A DNA stretch of 64,000 bases from Eledone cirrhosa (GCA_964016885.1 OZ024741.1:157232001-157296000), one strand, 5' to 3'; shown: positions 23,216-38,665, counted from the stretch's first letter. Notes: generated from the sequence alone by a model not told the origin. A program made the numbers and translations.

Positions 23216-24764
23216 CTTAACAGAAAGGCCCTTTACCTTCCAAACTCTCCTCCTCCTCCAGATTTTCTTGCATTTTTTGTTCTGTCTTGTGCTTATTCTG
23301 ATGTCACTAATAGCTAAATCATGTTGAGCAGTGCATTCTTCTCTGGGGAATGTATGTTATATGTATATGTGATGATCTTAAACACCAGATTAATAATTAG
23401 AAAATGATTTCATTACTAATGTGAGACATGGTCCAGGACTGTCAGAGAGGACAGTAGCTCTGATAAAGCACTTACTTGGTCTGTTAAGACCTGTCGAACA
23501 CATGCCAGCATAAAATAACTGTTTCTACTTTTGGCACAAGGCCAACAATTATCCCAGTGCATTACTGGTACTATTTTATCGACCCTGTAAGGATGAAAGA
23601 AAAAGTTAACCTCAGCAGGATTTGAACTCAGACTGTAAAGGGCCGTACCTCTATGCTGCAAAGCATGGCATCCAAACCTCTACCGATACTGCCAATCCAC
23701 AGCATGAAATATTGGAAGTTAAACAATGATGATGGTGAAGAGCCCCCACCTCCCATTCTCAATTATTTTCAAAATTATACAAAAATTATAAAGGACTCTC
23801 ACTTTAAAGATCTTTTTTGCATGAGAATTAACCATAACATTATATCAAATATTGTGAAGGAACATGGCTTAGTGTTTATGGTGTTTAGCTGATGATTGTA
23901 AGGTCATGATTTTGATTCCTGGCAGTACATTCTGTTCCAGTCAAATCAGCTGGCAAAAATGGATTGTATCTGTAATTTCAAAGGGCCAGCATGTCACACA
24001 GAATCTCCCAGAAAACAGTTAAAATGGACAGGTCTGTGGAATGCTTAACCACCTGCATGTAAATTCATGGGTAGGTTGTTACATTGTTTGAACTGGAGCA
24101 CTTATCATCAGAAATAATGGCTGTCCAAACACTCACTATGTAATATATCGAACAAAGAAGTGAGAAAAAATATGTGAATACACAAATATAAGAAGATTTA
24201 CAATAACAAGAATATCAACGTTAATATCTTCATGTATCTTTGTTTTTTACTTCAGCCATTATTTCTGCAGAATTTTCTTCAAGTGCACCTCTTAGCATGA
24301 GTATAGATGCACAACTAGTATCTGTATTCTATTTTCCTGGTATAATGTCTGTTTAAGTATAAATTAGACCAACAACTATTGCTGTTCAGTTATCATTATG
24401 AAGGAATTTCAAATGGTTTAGTAGACCACATTTCTAAAAATACTGATTTTTGATTGGTTCATCTTTAAACATATTCAGATGTGGGATAGGGCTAAAGAAG
24501 TCTACATTAAAGCAGCAAAACCAACAAGTGCAATGTATTTATGACTTTTAGTAAAATAAATTATTCAATGTAATGTATATAGATTAACCCTTTCAGCCCT
24601 GACTGGAAGGAAATAATCCGTGTCTGCATCTGAGCTCTCCAGCCAATGCTTTTTAATGTGCACATGTCACAAATAAAAATAACACAAAAAATTCTGTAGT
24701 GGCAAGTTTTTATAGTGTCAGGCTGATTTATTTTTAGTTTAACCCAGTTTTAAAATAAGCTTTG

Positions 24765-25250
24765 CTTATTCTTTCTTTCTTTCATATGAGATAGCAATCA
24801 CATAACATCCGCCTTACGCTGCAACCAGCTCATGGTAGTGGGATTATGGTGCCTCAGGTCCATACTTTGAGGTGGACAGAAATTCAGGTAATCAATTAGT
24901 ATGTGTTCTGCTGTCTGCTCTGGCAAGTTGATGATGGCCACAACCCCCAGTGGTGTGTGACTGCATTGAATCAACTAATTCAGGGATACCCACTTTTTCC
25001 GAGAGAAGTTAGCACCTGGTAGGAAGGCTGTATTGAGATTGACATTCAGTTGAGCCAGTTGAGATGTTTGTTGCCAGCTAGAGCTCCACGTCTGAAGCAT
25101 GTTGAGATTTAAGTCTCGCAGCTTTGCAGCATGAGAGAAAGGGTGGTGTGACATCAAGCTTTCTTTATTCACCCCACCCTGCTAGCTGAAAGTGAAATTT
25201 GATATTCCCAGTTTAAATGGTGAGCAGTGAGGGGGAGTACATTGTGAGGA
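24765..25250 (-). mobile_element. I-group (Vingi/Ingi-like) LINE 3' fragment
   Basis: LPGANFSRKKWVSLN and EQTAEHIL..CPP resemble the W-x2-LNR / QT-x2-H-x4-CP zinc-knuckle end, followed by CATATGAAAAGAAAGAAAG. Confidence 0.45.
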
Positions 25251-25489
25251 GGTTAAACTAGCCAGCTGTAAATAACTGGTATTCCTGTTGGTGCAAACCT
25301 GTACAATAGTAACTTGGGAATTAAAATGTTGTTCTGTGTTTAGTCCTGCTGCATGGCATCTTGAGCAAGTGTCTTCCACAGCCTTGGGTTGACCAATGGC
25401 TTGTGTTTGGATTTGGAAGACAGGAGCTGCAGAAGCCTATTGTATGTATATACATATAACAAGATCCATAAAAATATGTATATATATAT

Positions 25490-25905
25490 ATATTTGGGGA
25501 TGAGGTGATAAAGCTGACCTTGCACAATTTCGTCTCTCAAAGGTGATGACACAAGTCCGAGATCTCTGGCGTTATGCAGTAATACAGGAGACCCGCCTTC
25601 CCATGAGCACAGGCTGAAGCGTACATCTAGTGTGCACCACCTTCATCTGTAAAGTGGTCATGATGGCGACACAACAAAAAGTGCCCAACCCACACTGTGA
25701 AGTGGTTGTGTAGGTGACATGACAAAACGCACCAAGCCCACACTGTCAAGATGTCGTGTAGGTGTTATAACAAAAAAACAATATGGTTGGCATTAGGAAG
25801 GGCATCCAGTGTATCAGTGTAGAAACGAAGCCAAAATCAGTTCTGTATGAACAAGACAACTCATGCTAGCGTGGAAAAGGGACGTTAATCGGTGATGATT
25901 ATGAT
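25490..25905 (+). mobile_element. RTE LINE extreme 3' end with an OK-like tail
   Basis: WDEVIK...RDLWRYAVIQETRL matches the end of ORF 12051..12608. Confidence 0.7.
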
Positions 25906-27616
25906 TCATAAAATACGTACAAAACTTGAAAAAAAGGAGTACCAGAGTAGATGCGATCAGCCAAATCAAGGTGGTGCCCTTGCATGGCCACGGTCCAATG
26001 ACTGAAACCAATAAAAGAATAGGAAGGCCGAAAGATCTGAAACAGAACAACTCATAGAAAAATGGCCACAAAAAATTTAAAAACAAAAAATAAAACAACA
26101 GATTACACAGGAGAAAACGAAATTATTTAAGAGGTTTTGTTTATAAATATTTTTTAATTATAATAACAAATTTCATATAGACATTAAAACTTTGCCCTCC
26201 TCTCATATGCAACTCATGCTGATGAATAAATTAAAAATTTGAAGTGATCATCATTGCATTTAACAACTTAATATAATCACCAATATACACAAACATTGCA
26301 CTTTAGATTTATAAAAACAAAAACAAAATAAACAGGACAATAATAAAACAATAAAAAAATCTTTTCATCTGGAGAATAATAATGGGAGTTTGTAATTTAG
26401 GCACATGGTCAGCAATTTGGGGAAAATGAAAAAGTCAATTAACCTTTTAGTATTTACATTACTCTATATTTACTATTGCATGTTCATGGTAAACATTTTA
26501 TTTCACATAATATTGAATCTATGAGATTTTGATATTATTTATTTTGAGAACAATACCTTAAAATCAGTATGAGCAGCCAGTTTGAACAGAAAGCGGTGAA
26601 AGAATTCTAAATGCTAAAGGGTTACATCAACTCCAATACTGACTAGTACTATATTTACGGACCAGAGAAGGATGAAAGGCAAAGCTTGACAGTATTTGAA
26701 CCCAGAACCTAGACACTCTTGGCAATGGAAGGAGAACAATTAATTACATGAATCCCAGTGACTAATACTTTATTTTATTGAGACCTCAGAAGAATGAAAA
26801 GCAAGGCAAAATTGACCTTGGTATAATTTGAAAGCAGAATGTAATGAGTAAAGAATACTTCAAAGCATTTTGTCTGAAGCACTAATGATTCTGCATTATA
26901 ATTTCTTATTTAGATACAAGGCATATAGAAGGAGTAGGGAGTAGGACTGCGTAAGGGTCATACAAGGGTTTTTTGGGGGGAGGGGGGAGCATTAGCAGTT
27001 TATATGAAGATAATCAAAGATTGGTAGTAGCAGACTAGGTTTCCCAGGAACTTGATTCTTCTAGTTCAAAAGTTGTTGCCAAAACATCAATAATGATAAT
27101 AATTGTTTCTACTTTTGGCACAAGGCCAGCAATTACCCCAGTATATTACTGGTACTTTATTTTATCAACCTCCGTAAGGATGAAAGGCAAAGTTAACCTC
27201 GGCGGGATTTGAACTCAGATCATAAAGGGGCGTAACTCTATGCTACAAAGCATGGCGTCCAACGCTTTACTGAATAATGGAAGGCCATTATTAAATCAAA
27301 CTCAGTACTTAACTGATACTTTATTTTACTGACTCTGAATGGATGAAAGACAAAGTTGACTGCAGCAGGAATTAAACTCAGAAAGTAAAGAGAGCTAGAA
27401 CAAATACTGCTAAGCATTTGTTCTGGTGCTCTAACCTAAATAAAAACGATTGGATTCCATGCAACTGATACTTATAATATTTCATGTAATAATTATACAT
27501 AATCTATATTGTTTAAATAACATGTACACATATGAAAATGATGAACACATAAAACATTTGGGACAAGCTAATTTAAAACCAGCCAAACCAACTTAAAATA
27601 AAACAAACTCTATATA

Positions 27617-28215
27617 AACCCTTTTGATACCAAACCACCTGAAGCCACCCCTGGTTCTGATACAAAACTGTATATTTTACAGTGTTTAACCCTTTAGCAT
27701 TTAAACTATCCATATCCAGCCAGAATTTGCTTACCTCTTTCTGTTCAAACTGGTTGTAACTGGCAGCTCATACTGATGCTAAGTTATTGTTCTCAAAATA
27801 AATAACATCAAAATCTCATAGATTCGATATTATGTGAGATAATTATGTAAGATAAAGCCTTTACCGCAAAAATACAATGGTAAATATAGAGCAATGTAAA
27901 TGCTAAAGGGTTATATTTATCTAAATGCCTTCCATCACAATTTTATATAAGAACGTTTATTAAATTATGTTCTAAACACCAGCTTAATGATGTGGTAGTT
28001 ATATTATTAAATCCTTTCAAATTCTTGATTATTTTAAAAATTATTAAAAAATAATAGGTTGTGTCTTTCATTAGACTTTGAAACATATTCAAAAGAGGTT
28101 CTTATATAAAATTACAAGGGAATATGTTTTAGATAAATATAAACACTTTAAAAGCAACAGCTTTGTATCATACAAGCAGGGACAGTTACAGATGGCTTGA
28201 TATCAAAGGGCTTAA
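27617..28215. mobile_element. Longer piggyBac-type MITE with the 200-bp MITE nested at 27686-27914
   Basis: AACCCTTTTGATACCAA ... TTGATATCAAAGGGCTTAA termini. Partial relatives at ~16045, 18660-19225, 31260, 35310 and 46270. Confidence 0.65.
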
Positions 28216-28770
28216 CAAAACTGAAAGATTAACAACATAACCCAGGGGAACATACACGCATAATCAGAAATTGAAACACAGCAGGGGAGGAGGGGGAATA
28301 TAGTTCAAACGCAATACACAAGCAGGATGGCAGAAAAAATATATAGTAGCACCACCACAAATATGATTCACCATAACTGACAGGGAATTCACTAACATAA
28401 CAACTACAAAGAACAGAAAAGTCTAACAAGGTCCCCGATTTCTGACTAAATCTTCTTATGCACAATATCCATGAGTATGAATACATGAGAGGAGATACAT
28501 ATATATTCGGATCTAGCTGTTGAAACGGCCGGAGCTCAGCCATCAGGGTCCTGACTTTTTTCCTATATATATATAAGTGTAAAGTGGTTGTGTAAAAGAC
28601 ACAGTAAAAAGCACCCAGCACACAATGTAAATGATGTGGTTGGCACTAGGAAGGGCATCCAGCCATAGAAAACAAGCCAGAAACAGTCCTTTATGAGTAA
28701 GATACAGTCACCTGACCCAACTTGCTTCTAAATGGGACTAACTCATGCTAGTGTGGAAGATGAACGTTAA

Positions 28771-28817
<47 letters not shown>

Positions 28818-29455
28818 ATAAGTACCACCACATGAACTACAGGCAACAGGAAAGCTTCTCTAAGATTTACAAAGTGCGAAATTTATTATGACTATCTGAG
28901 CCCAGAGCCTGAGGGGACTAGGGGGAAATATATAACATAGCACCACCGCAAATATGGTTGATCACAACTAGCAAGGAACTCATATTAACAACTGCAAGCA
29001 ATAGGAAAAAAGACTAAGATTGACAAGGTCCCTGATTTATGATGACTAAATATTCTGACACCCAGTACCCATGGGTATGTAATCACAACATTCAGTGAGG
29101 TGATACACAGACCAGAATTAACACTTGAATGTTCATATTTATATAAAAAATGTTTGAGTTATCTTCTAAATACCAACTTAACAATGGAAATAAAAAAATA
29201 AAAAAATAAAAAATTAAAAAAATAATCGTAGAGAAAACCATTTTGTGGCCAATAACCCACACGACATGACAGAGAAAGTAAGCTAGTGAAAAAGCCAAAG
29301 TTCTGGACTAAAAGCAAGAACAGAAGGCCAAATTTAAGCAGTACAGCTACACACAAAACTATAACAAAGTAATGACAAAAGCTGATAACTTCAAGTACAG
29401 AGTAAGCAATCAATAGAATGGAACACTTGATACATTATTTATGGCTGCAGCTGAA

Positions 29456-29487
<32 letters not shown>

Positions 29488-30208
29488 GATTACACCTGGT
29501 AGTGCAGTGGAAACATACATGTAGGGGTACAGTAGAAACTTGCATAAAACTATTGAAAACATGATAATAAAATTGTACAATGACTAAAACCAGTAATAGA
29601 ATAAAATAGCACTCTTTATATTATTTCTTTCTATCCTTTTTTGGGGGGTGATGAGGGTGCTTTTAAAATGCTTAAATCATTCTTTTTTTCGCATAACTTG
29701 CTGAAAGTATAACTGAAAACATGGTGGACCTTTAGAGAATAGTTGAATTCATCAGCAGTTTCTGGTAGTCCAGCTACATTAGAAGCAATATCCTTGATGA
29801 TTTACAGCTGAGTTCATCAGCAATTTCTGGAGGTCCAGCTAGATTAGAAGTAACACCCTTGGTGAAGTACTGTTGAGTACATCAGTAGTTTCTGATGGAT
29901 CAGCTGCATTAGAAGCAACACTCCAATTAAATTGTAAGTTTACATGATGCTGGACCTTTAAACAAAATGTTGTACAGTTAAAAAAATTTAATCAAGATTC
30001 AGTCAGCCACTACAGACAGAAAAATAGATAGATAGACTAGATAGACTAGTTATTCCTTTTTTTTTTTTATTTTTTACTCTCTTCACTTCTCTTTCTTTGT
30101 GGCTCTTATTCTGCATTTGGATAAATTAAGACAACAACACAATACTGTTTTTTTTTTATAGGGTGGGTGGGGAGTTATGTTTTAAGTTTTATTTTTGGTA
30201 TTTTTCTG

Positions 30209-30891
30209 TTAATGAAGGTAACCATTTGAAGTGGTGCTATCAGCCACTGTATTCTCTGAGGTCAAAGAATGGGGGGTGGCATCTCTTAAGCTTTCACTAT
30301 CTCTATCGTTTATATCTGTATTCATTTGTGGTGACAGGTCTTCATCTATGGTGTATCGGTGTCTTTGCCTCTCAGAAGATCCCGTATAAGAGTTCTGATC
30401 AGTGTCAGGAGAGATGAAAACCTGATCCTCATATTCATTCTCACCGATACTGTCTAAGGAATATTTTTTCTTATGCTCTGCATCTTTTAGTTGGCCATAA
30501 GAGTCGGATGCGTTTAAAGAATCAGAATCAACTTCATCAGAATATTCGTCCAGAGTTGAGAAATCTCCAAGATTAAACCTGATTGCTGAACCACTGGGGA
30601 TGCTAGCAAGGGAGGGTCTTTTCTCATCACCTGAGGAACTTGAACTTTCTGACGATTTCTTCTGGTTGAGGTTTTGACGTACACATACAATCTTGCCATC
30701 TTTCATAATGACTACGGAACCATCTTTCTTAATCACTGAACTACCTTTAAGGACCACTTGGTTATTGGGGAGACTGTTGGTTGAGTATATACTCGCAATG
30801 GATCCATGGCGGGGATTGTTACCGTTTCCTGCGTTTTTAAGTGAATTAAACAGGCGGAACATATGTGGTGAAGAATTCTCATGGATTGTAT
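30209..30891 (-). CDS. Terminal coding exon of an unidentified gene (Ser/Asp-rich, probably disordered C-terminus)
   Basis: Non-repetitive 217-aa ORF that stays open back to a strong acceptor (ttttcttccatttcag|at aca atc cat gag...). Phase 1 in. TAA stop at 30209-30211. Confidence 0.8.
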
Positions 30892-31831
30892 CTGAAATGG
30901 AAGAAAAACAGTAAAAATTTAGATTCAGTAATATTTGGCAGAGTCATTAGAACAGCTCTCTGTGTTTTGAGTTCAAATTCCACGAATGTCATCTTTTCAA
31001 ACTCAATAAAGTACCAGTCCAACACTAGCAAGAATGGAGGGTTGATTTTTTTTCTCACAGTTTCTCAGTGTAAGACGAACTTGAGATCAAAATCCAAGTT
31101 GATCCAAAAGGAAAATCTTCTAACTTTGGCATAATCTCACACATTTGTTAACATGAGATCAATAATAGTAACACCCATTATTTGACAAGTCAAACATGAT
31201 AGAAGTTGATGAGTTGAACGCACATGTTTTGGAAGCCAATGAACTACTATGTGTTAAAAGTTAATCGTTTTGTGACCATATTTCTAATGAAATACACTCT
31301 ATTTCAATTAATTAATAATTAATGAAGGATTTTGATGGATTTACTAAAATGACTAATTATTTCATTACTAAGATATATGGTTCTTATATAAAATTATATT
31401 GCAGGATAATCATTGAAATAGAAATCCTTTAAAATAGGTGGTTTTGTTTCATGAAACCAGAGTTGTTGTTGACCTGGTTGATGTAAAAAGGGTCAAAGTC
31501 TGTCTAAAAACCAGAAAGTCATCAGGCTGGAGCTTGTCCAGGTTTCATTGGCATTAAGCAATTGAGGGTAGAAGGCTTTCACCTCTGGATGGAACACCAG
31601 TGAACTGCAGAGTTAATACCAGATGCTGATACTTTTCTCAGCTGAATGGACTGAAGTAATGTGAAATGAAGTGTTTTCCCCAAGGGCACAATGTGTCTCC
31701 TGGTACAAGAATCAAATCTACGAGGTTATGATTGTAAGTTCAGCACTAACCACCAGGTTGCACACTTTCACTAGGATTTGATTGGTACTTATTATAATGA
31801 CACTGGGTGAATGAAAAAAAAAAGGAATATA

Positions 31832-32003
31832 TACCGTATTTCCTGGCGTCAAAGACGCTACTTTTTTCCTAAAGTAAGTCTCAAAAATCTACCATATGTC
31901 CTGGAGGCTGAAGGTTGTTTATTATTTATTTTTCAAATTTTTGGTTGTCAAAATTAAGGTGTATCCTCGAAGATGAAGCGTCTTCAGCGCTGGGAAATAC
32001 AGT
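31832..32003. mobile_element. pogo-type MITE
   Basis: TACCGTATTTCCTGGCGTCAAAGACGC ... GCGTCTTCAGCGCTGGGAAATACAGT terminal inverted repeats. Confidence 0.7.
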
Positions 32004-32221
32004 GTATATATATGTGTGTTTTCTAATTCAGGCACAAAACCAACAATTTTGAGGGAGGGGAAAGCCAATTAAATCATCCAGTACTTTATTGTATCAACCA
32101 CAGAAGGATGAAAGGCAAAGTTGAACTCAGGATTTGAACTCAGAACATAGAGAGCCAGAACAAGTACTGTTACAATTTTGCCCAATGCTATACTGTCTGC
32201 CAATCAAGCACCCTTATTTAT

Positions 32222-33716
32222 ATATATATGAAAACAGGGAGAAAGAGACGATTATTAGTAAGAAAAATATTTTTTTTTCCTTTTTTGTTTCTCTCTCTTT
32301 TTTTCTGGGTTAGAAAATGATTAAAACGAAAAGTTTTACTTTGTATGAAGTGTTAAGGTATTAGTTGATTTATTTATTATTTAACAATGGCATTTATTTA
32401 TCTATTTATATATTTAATTATTGTCTATTACCGGTTTCAGCATTTTTATGCATTATCAAATGATAGTGAAATGTATTAGTGTGGTGTCGCACATGTTAAA
32501 CAGAAGGTGCAGAAAGAATAATGTTATTTACAAAAAAGGTTTATGAAGTAAAAAGAAAAAAGAAAAAGGAGAAAAAAACGTGCATAATGTAGAACGTAAA
32601 AAGTCAATGTGGAAGAAAAAATAATGTTATTTACAAGCATTGAAGTTAAGCAGATCAAAATGTGTTAATATAGCAAGAGTGCTTAGTTGAACCATGATTC
32701 CGTGGTGGAGGCAAATGGTGGACTGAGGTTTGATATGATTTCCCTTTTTAGAGAGTTAATATGCAGGGGGAAGCAATTCTTGCTGGGTGATATTTAATTT
32801 ATTTAAGAAAAAGGATTAGGTAGGGTGTGAGGGAGGTAACTCTTATAAATGTTTGATTGTTTGTTGCAGTTTTAGATTGGTCCGATTTTTAGAGCATTAA
32901 GTAGGGGTTGAAATTTATTAATGAAATGTGTTTCCTTATTGGTACGTTGGATGAAAGTAGCGTTGTCTAAGAATTTGTAAATAGGAAAAATGTTAAAGTT
33001 TGGATGTTGGTTGAGAGCACAATTGGCGATATGTTCACTAAATGCAATCTTTCTGTATTCCTGTATTTTAATTTGTGATTTATGGACGGTCATACAAGAG
33101 TTACCTCCCTCACACCCTACCTAATCCTTTTTCTTAAATAAATTAAATATCACCCAGCAAGAATTGCTTCCCCCTGCATATTAACTCTCTAAAAAGGGAA
33201 ATCATATCAAACCTCAGTCTACGATTTGCCTCCACCTCGGAATCATGGTTCAACTAAGCACTCTTACGATATTAACACATTTTGATCTGCTTAACTTCAA
33301 TGTTTGTAAATAACATTATTTTTTCTTCCACATTGACTTTTTACGTTCTACATTATGCACGTCTTTTTTTCCTTTTTCTTTTCACTTCATAAACCTTGTT
33401 TGTAAATAACATTATTCTTTCTGCACCTTCTGTTTAACATGTGCGACACCACACTAATACATTTCACTATCATTTGATAATGCATAAAAATGCTGAAACC
33501 GGTAATAGACAATAATTAAATATATAAATAGATAAATAAATGCCATTGTTAAATGATAAATAAATCAACTAATACCTTAACACTTCACACAAAGTAAAAC
33601 ATTTCGTTTTAATCATTTTCTAACCCAGAAAAAAGAGAGAGAAACAAAAAAGGAAAAAGATATATTTTACTTCCTAATAATCGTCTCTTTCTCCCTGTTT
33701 TCATATATATATATAT
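32222..33716 (-). mobile_element. Penelope-like element fold-back: ~620-bp inverted arms (32222-32844 / 33096-33716) around a GIY-YIG C-terminal remnant
   Basis: The arms are reverse complements. Loop ORF 32872..33093 (MTVHKSQI..SEHIANC..RTNKETHFINKFQPLLN) fits the end of a PLE GIY-YIG endonuclease. (TA)n on both sides. Confidence 0.85.
33466..33508 (+). ncRNA. Minimal type I hammerhead-like motif, U3-A8 variant (mirror copy on - at ~32424-32468)
   Basis: TTGATAA-t-GCAT aaaa ATGC-t-GAAA-CCGG-TA with a palindromic stem III. Stem I is short or imperfect. Confidence 0.5.
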
Positions 33717-33757
33717 CCTAACTCGTGTGCTTCCTCTCCACATTTTATTATTATAAT

Positions 33758-33859
<102 letters not shown>

Positions 33860-36195
33860 ATGTATGTATGTATGTATATAATGAAAGGCCTCTATACAAA
33901 GAATAGAGCGATAATTTATTTTATATTATATCAATATAAGATATAATGTGTGCGCGTGTGTGTGTGTGTATATATATATATAACAAATATATACAGAATT
34001 GCCATATACTGCCTGATAGCAAGAGAGAGCATAAGCATAAACTTAAACAAAAACCTCTTCATTCAAAGCATATGCTGTTTCATTTATTAGAGTGCTTTGT
34101 ATGAATTTGATTCTATTAGTGCTGAAATACAACAAGGTTACATATAATGAGCAGAAATTATTGTACATTGGTAAACATTGCTACACATTGAGATAACATA
34201 TGACAGAAAGCAACTGTGATAAATCAAATGCAGTAGGCCTGCATCTTATGCAGTTTTGAACACCGGCTGTTGGAAAATCTTCTAAAACATTCAAAAAAGC
34301 TGTAAAAATCTTAACATTCAGTTCCACATGAAACCATATCATTAAAGCTGAAGAGTCATTTTTAGCAAATAATAATAATAATGATTTCTATTATAGGCAC
34401 ATAGCCAGCAATTTATGGAGAGGGGAAAGTCGATTAAATCGACCCCAGTGCATAACTGGTGCTTTATTTTATCGACCCCATAAGGATGAAAGGCAAAATA
34501 ATAATGATTTCTTTATGATAATAATAATTATTATTTCTTTATTTTAATAATTGTTTCTACTGGCACAAGGCCAGCAATTACCCAGTGCATTACTGGTACT
34601 TTATTTTATCGACCCCGTAAGGATGAAAGGCAAAGTTAACCTCGGCAGGATTTGAAGGGCCATACTCAATGCGTCAAAGCATGGCGTCCGACCCTCTACC
34701 GATACTGCCAATTCAAGGCTATTAGAGTTGCATAATTTATTATAAACACAAATATACACAAGAAAACATGAATTTAGCTAAATCTTTTTTATTTACTTAA
34801 TGTAAAATTTTTGGCTACTAATCTTATCTGAAATTACTTTACTTTTATTTTGATACAAAGTTGCAGATTTAATAAGACTGATAAAAGAAAAATTCAGTGC
34901 GTCTGAGAGCGACACGAGGGGGTGCAAGCTCCAAACCCCAGATCTAATGTAAGGGAGAAAACTCTGATTCCTAATGTCATTCTTTTCCCTGATGTTAGGC
35001 GTCTTTTAAAACATTAACATATATAAGCATTTTCATATAAAAGTCTTGAACATACATACTCTTTAATAACATGGTGAGGGTGGGAGGTGACCATGTACTT
35101 TTATGTCACAAAGTCACATTTAATTGTTACATTATATACCACTGTTATGACAAATTACCGAGTTATGTCTCAAAATATAGAGTTTTGAATGAAATCATAA
35201 TTGTTATATTTTAGACACAATTTCTACAGTTATGTTCCATATCATAGTAGTTTTACATGACTATATAACACAAGTTCAGTTATGACAGTTATAGTCCTAC
35301 AAATTAGCTTTTTTATACCAATCCACCAGAAATCACCCTTGGTTCTATGATAGAAAGTGTTTATATTCAAATTTAAACCTTCAATCATAATTTCATGTAA
35401 GAACAATTTTACATAATACTACTTGGTTCTTATATAATTTTTCTGACAGAAAATTTGGTTTAAGTTATATTTTAAACACCAACTTAAAAATGAAAAGGTT
35501 AGTTATTAAAAATGAAAAATATTATTTGTCTAAATGCCTACAAATCTGGATTATTTTCAAAATTGATTGGATTATGGGTATTGTATTCATTAGAAATATA
35601 GTAATGAAAAAGTCAACATGTTATATTTATCTAAAATTTCACATAGGAATCTTTGTTAAGTTATGTTCCAAAAAGAACTTAATAATGAGAAAGTTAGTTA
35701 TATTACTAAGTCCTAAAAATGTTTTACTGTATTCAAAATCAATTAAAAACAACAGGCAGTATCAGCCATTAGAGACATGGCAACAAAAGAGTTAAGCATG
35801 AAATAATTGTTTCCACTTTTTGGCACAAGGCCAGCAATTACCCAGTGCATTACTGCGACCCCGTAAACATAAAATAATGATGAACAGTTAACATATATTA
35901 AACTCCTGAAATAATGACACAAAGTGTATAATAATAATTCCCATCATAATACATAGATATTAAGACATACACTATAACTATATCACAGGTGTCATAGCAA
36001 CATCATTAGAGCCCACAAGATATATATGAATTATATAAGAAACACTCACAATAATAAAAAATAATTTATAGCTTAAGTATATCATAACAATTATTTGGTA
36101 AATGAAATAATTATCTTATGTTGTTTATTACATAACTAAACAGATCTATAGCCTACATAGAGCACTCCCTTTACCTTTACAACGGAAACACTTCA

Positions 36196-37040
<845 letters not shown>

Positions 37041-37047
<7 letters not shown>

Positions 37048-38108
37048 ATTAAAAAAATAATGAATAAAACAATGAAACAGTTCCTTATATTAAACAAAAA
37101 AAGTTCATTATTTAACGATCGTTTCTAGGACATATATGTGTTAGAATTGGCATGCATATTCAACAGATCTATGTACAAAATTATACAAACTATCAAATCT
37201 AATATACATACCAACACATACATATGCCGTCTTCAGAAATAATGAAATATATTTATTGATAATAACAACAAATCAAAATTACAGGTCTGTTTGGGAACAG
37301 AGTTCAAATTGACCAATGAAATACACAAAAATATATCGAGAAAATACAGTTAGGTGTGTGTATATATGTAAGTAACTTCGTTCACAGATATGCATAAGAA
37401 TATATGCTCACATGCATACGCATGTCGAAAAAATGCATGCAAATACAAAAATTCAGGGCTAATGTCTCTGTATGTTTATAATCTACAGATAAAATACACA
37501 TACAATATGTGTATTTTATCTGTAGATTATAAACATACAGAGACATTAGCCCTGAATTTTTGTATTTGCATGCATTTTTTCGACATGCGTATGCATGTGA
37601 GCATATATTCTTATGCATATCTGTGAACGAAGTTACTTACATATATACACACACCTAACTGTATTTTCTCGATATATTTTTGTGTATTTCATTGGTCAAT
37701 TTGAACTCTGTTCCCAAACAGACCTGTAATTTTGATTTGTTGTTATTATCAATAAATATATTTCATTATTTCTGAAGACGGCATATGTATGTGTTGGTAT
37801 GTATATTAGATTTGATAGTTTGTATAATTTTGTATAATTTTGTACATAGATCTGTTGAATATGCATGCCAATTCTAACATATATATGTCCTAGAAACGAT
37901 CGTTAAATAATGAACTTTTTTTGTTTAATATAAGGAACTGTTTCATTGTTTTATTCATTATTTTTTTAATACTTTATCTTGACTCTGTATTCCGTTTATC
38001 TTTCACCGAAAGTGATTTTTGAATGCATCTCTTCTTTCCATGATATCCTGATTACATTGAGTTCTTCATACGGATTGGACACTACCGTAAACTCTTGGTA
38101 GATTTATC
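37041..38108. mobile_element. ORF-less fold-back element: 462/472-bp arms, 3-nt loop (37503-37505), 130-nt unpaired tail
   Basis: Arms 37041-37502 and 37506-37977 are reverse complements apart from a 10-nt duplication and rare substitutions. The mirrored ORFs 37382..37618 and 37390..37626 reflect this symmetry. Confidence 0.85.
37762..37914 (+). ncRNA. Type I hammerhead ribozyme motif with a long stem II (mirror copy on - at 37104-37246)
   Basis: Stem I TTCATTATTT/AAATAATGAA (10 bp), core CTGAAGA (37772) and GAAA (37893), palindromic stem III ACGATCGT, GUU triplet. Confidence 0.75.
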
Positions 38109-38111
38109 TAC

Positions 38112-38247
<136 letters not shown>

Positions 38248-38298
38248 ATATGTATTTATATATATATATATATATGTATTTATATATATATATATATG

Positions 38299-38391
<93 letters not shown>

Positions 38392-38434
38392 TTATATTTA
38401 TATATATATTTATATATATTTATATATATATTTA

Positions 38435-38467
<33 letters not shown>

Positions 38468-38540
38468 ATATTTATATATATTTATATTTATATATATATT
38501 TATATTTATATATATATATATTTATATTTATATATATATT

Positions 38541-38618
<78 letters not shown>

Positions 38619-38665
38619 TGTATATATATATATAAATATATATATATAAATATATATATATAAAT

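Noticed and set aside
29742-29922. Tandem hammerheads on the - strand (CTGATGA and GAAAC in each 65-nt unit)
   Set aside because: The putative stem II is not adjacent to the core, and no stem III or NUH site can be formed.
37382-37626. Twin near-identical ORFs on opposite strands (also 38824/41275 and 42756/45609)
   Set aside because: They are by-products of inverted repeats, not genes.
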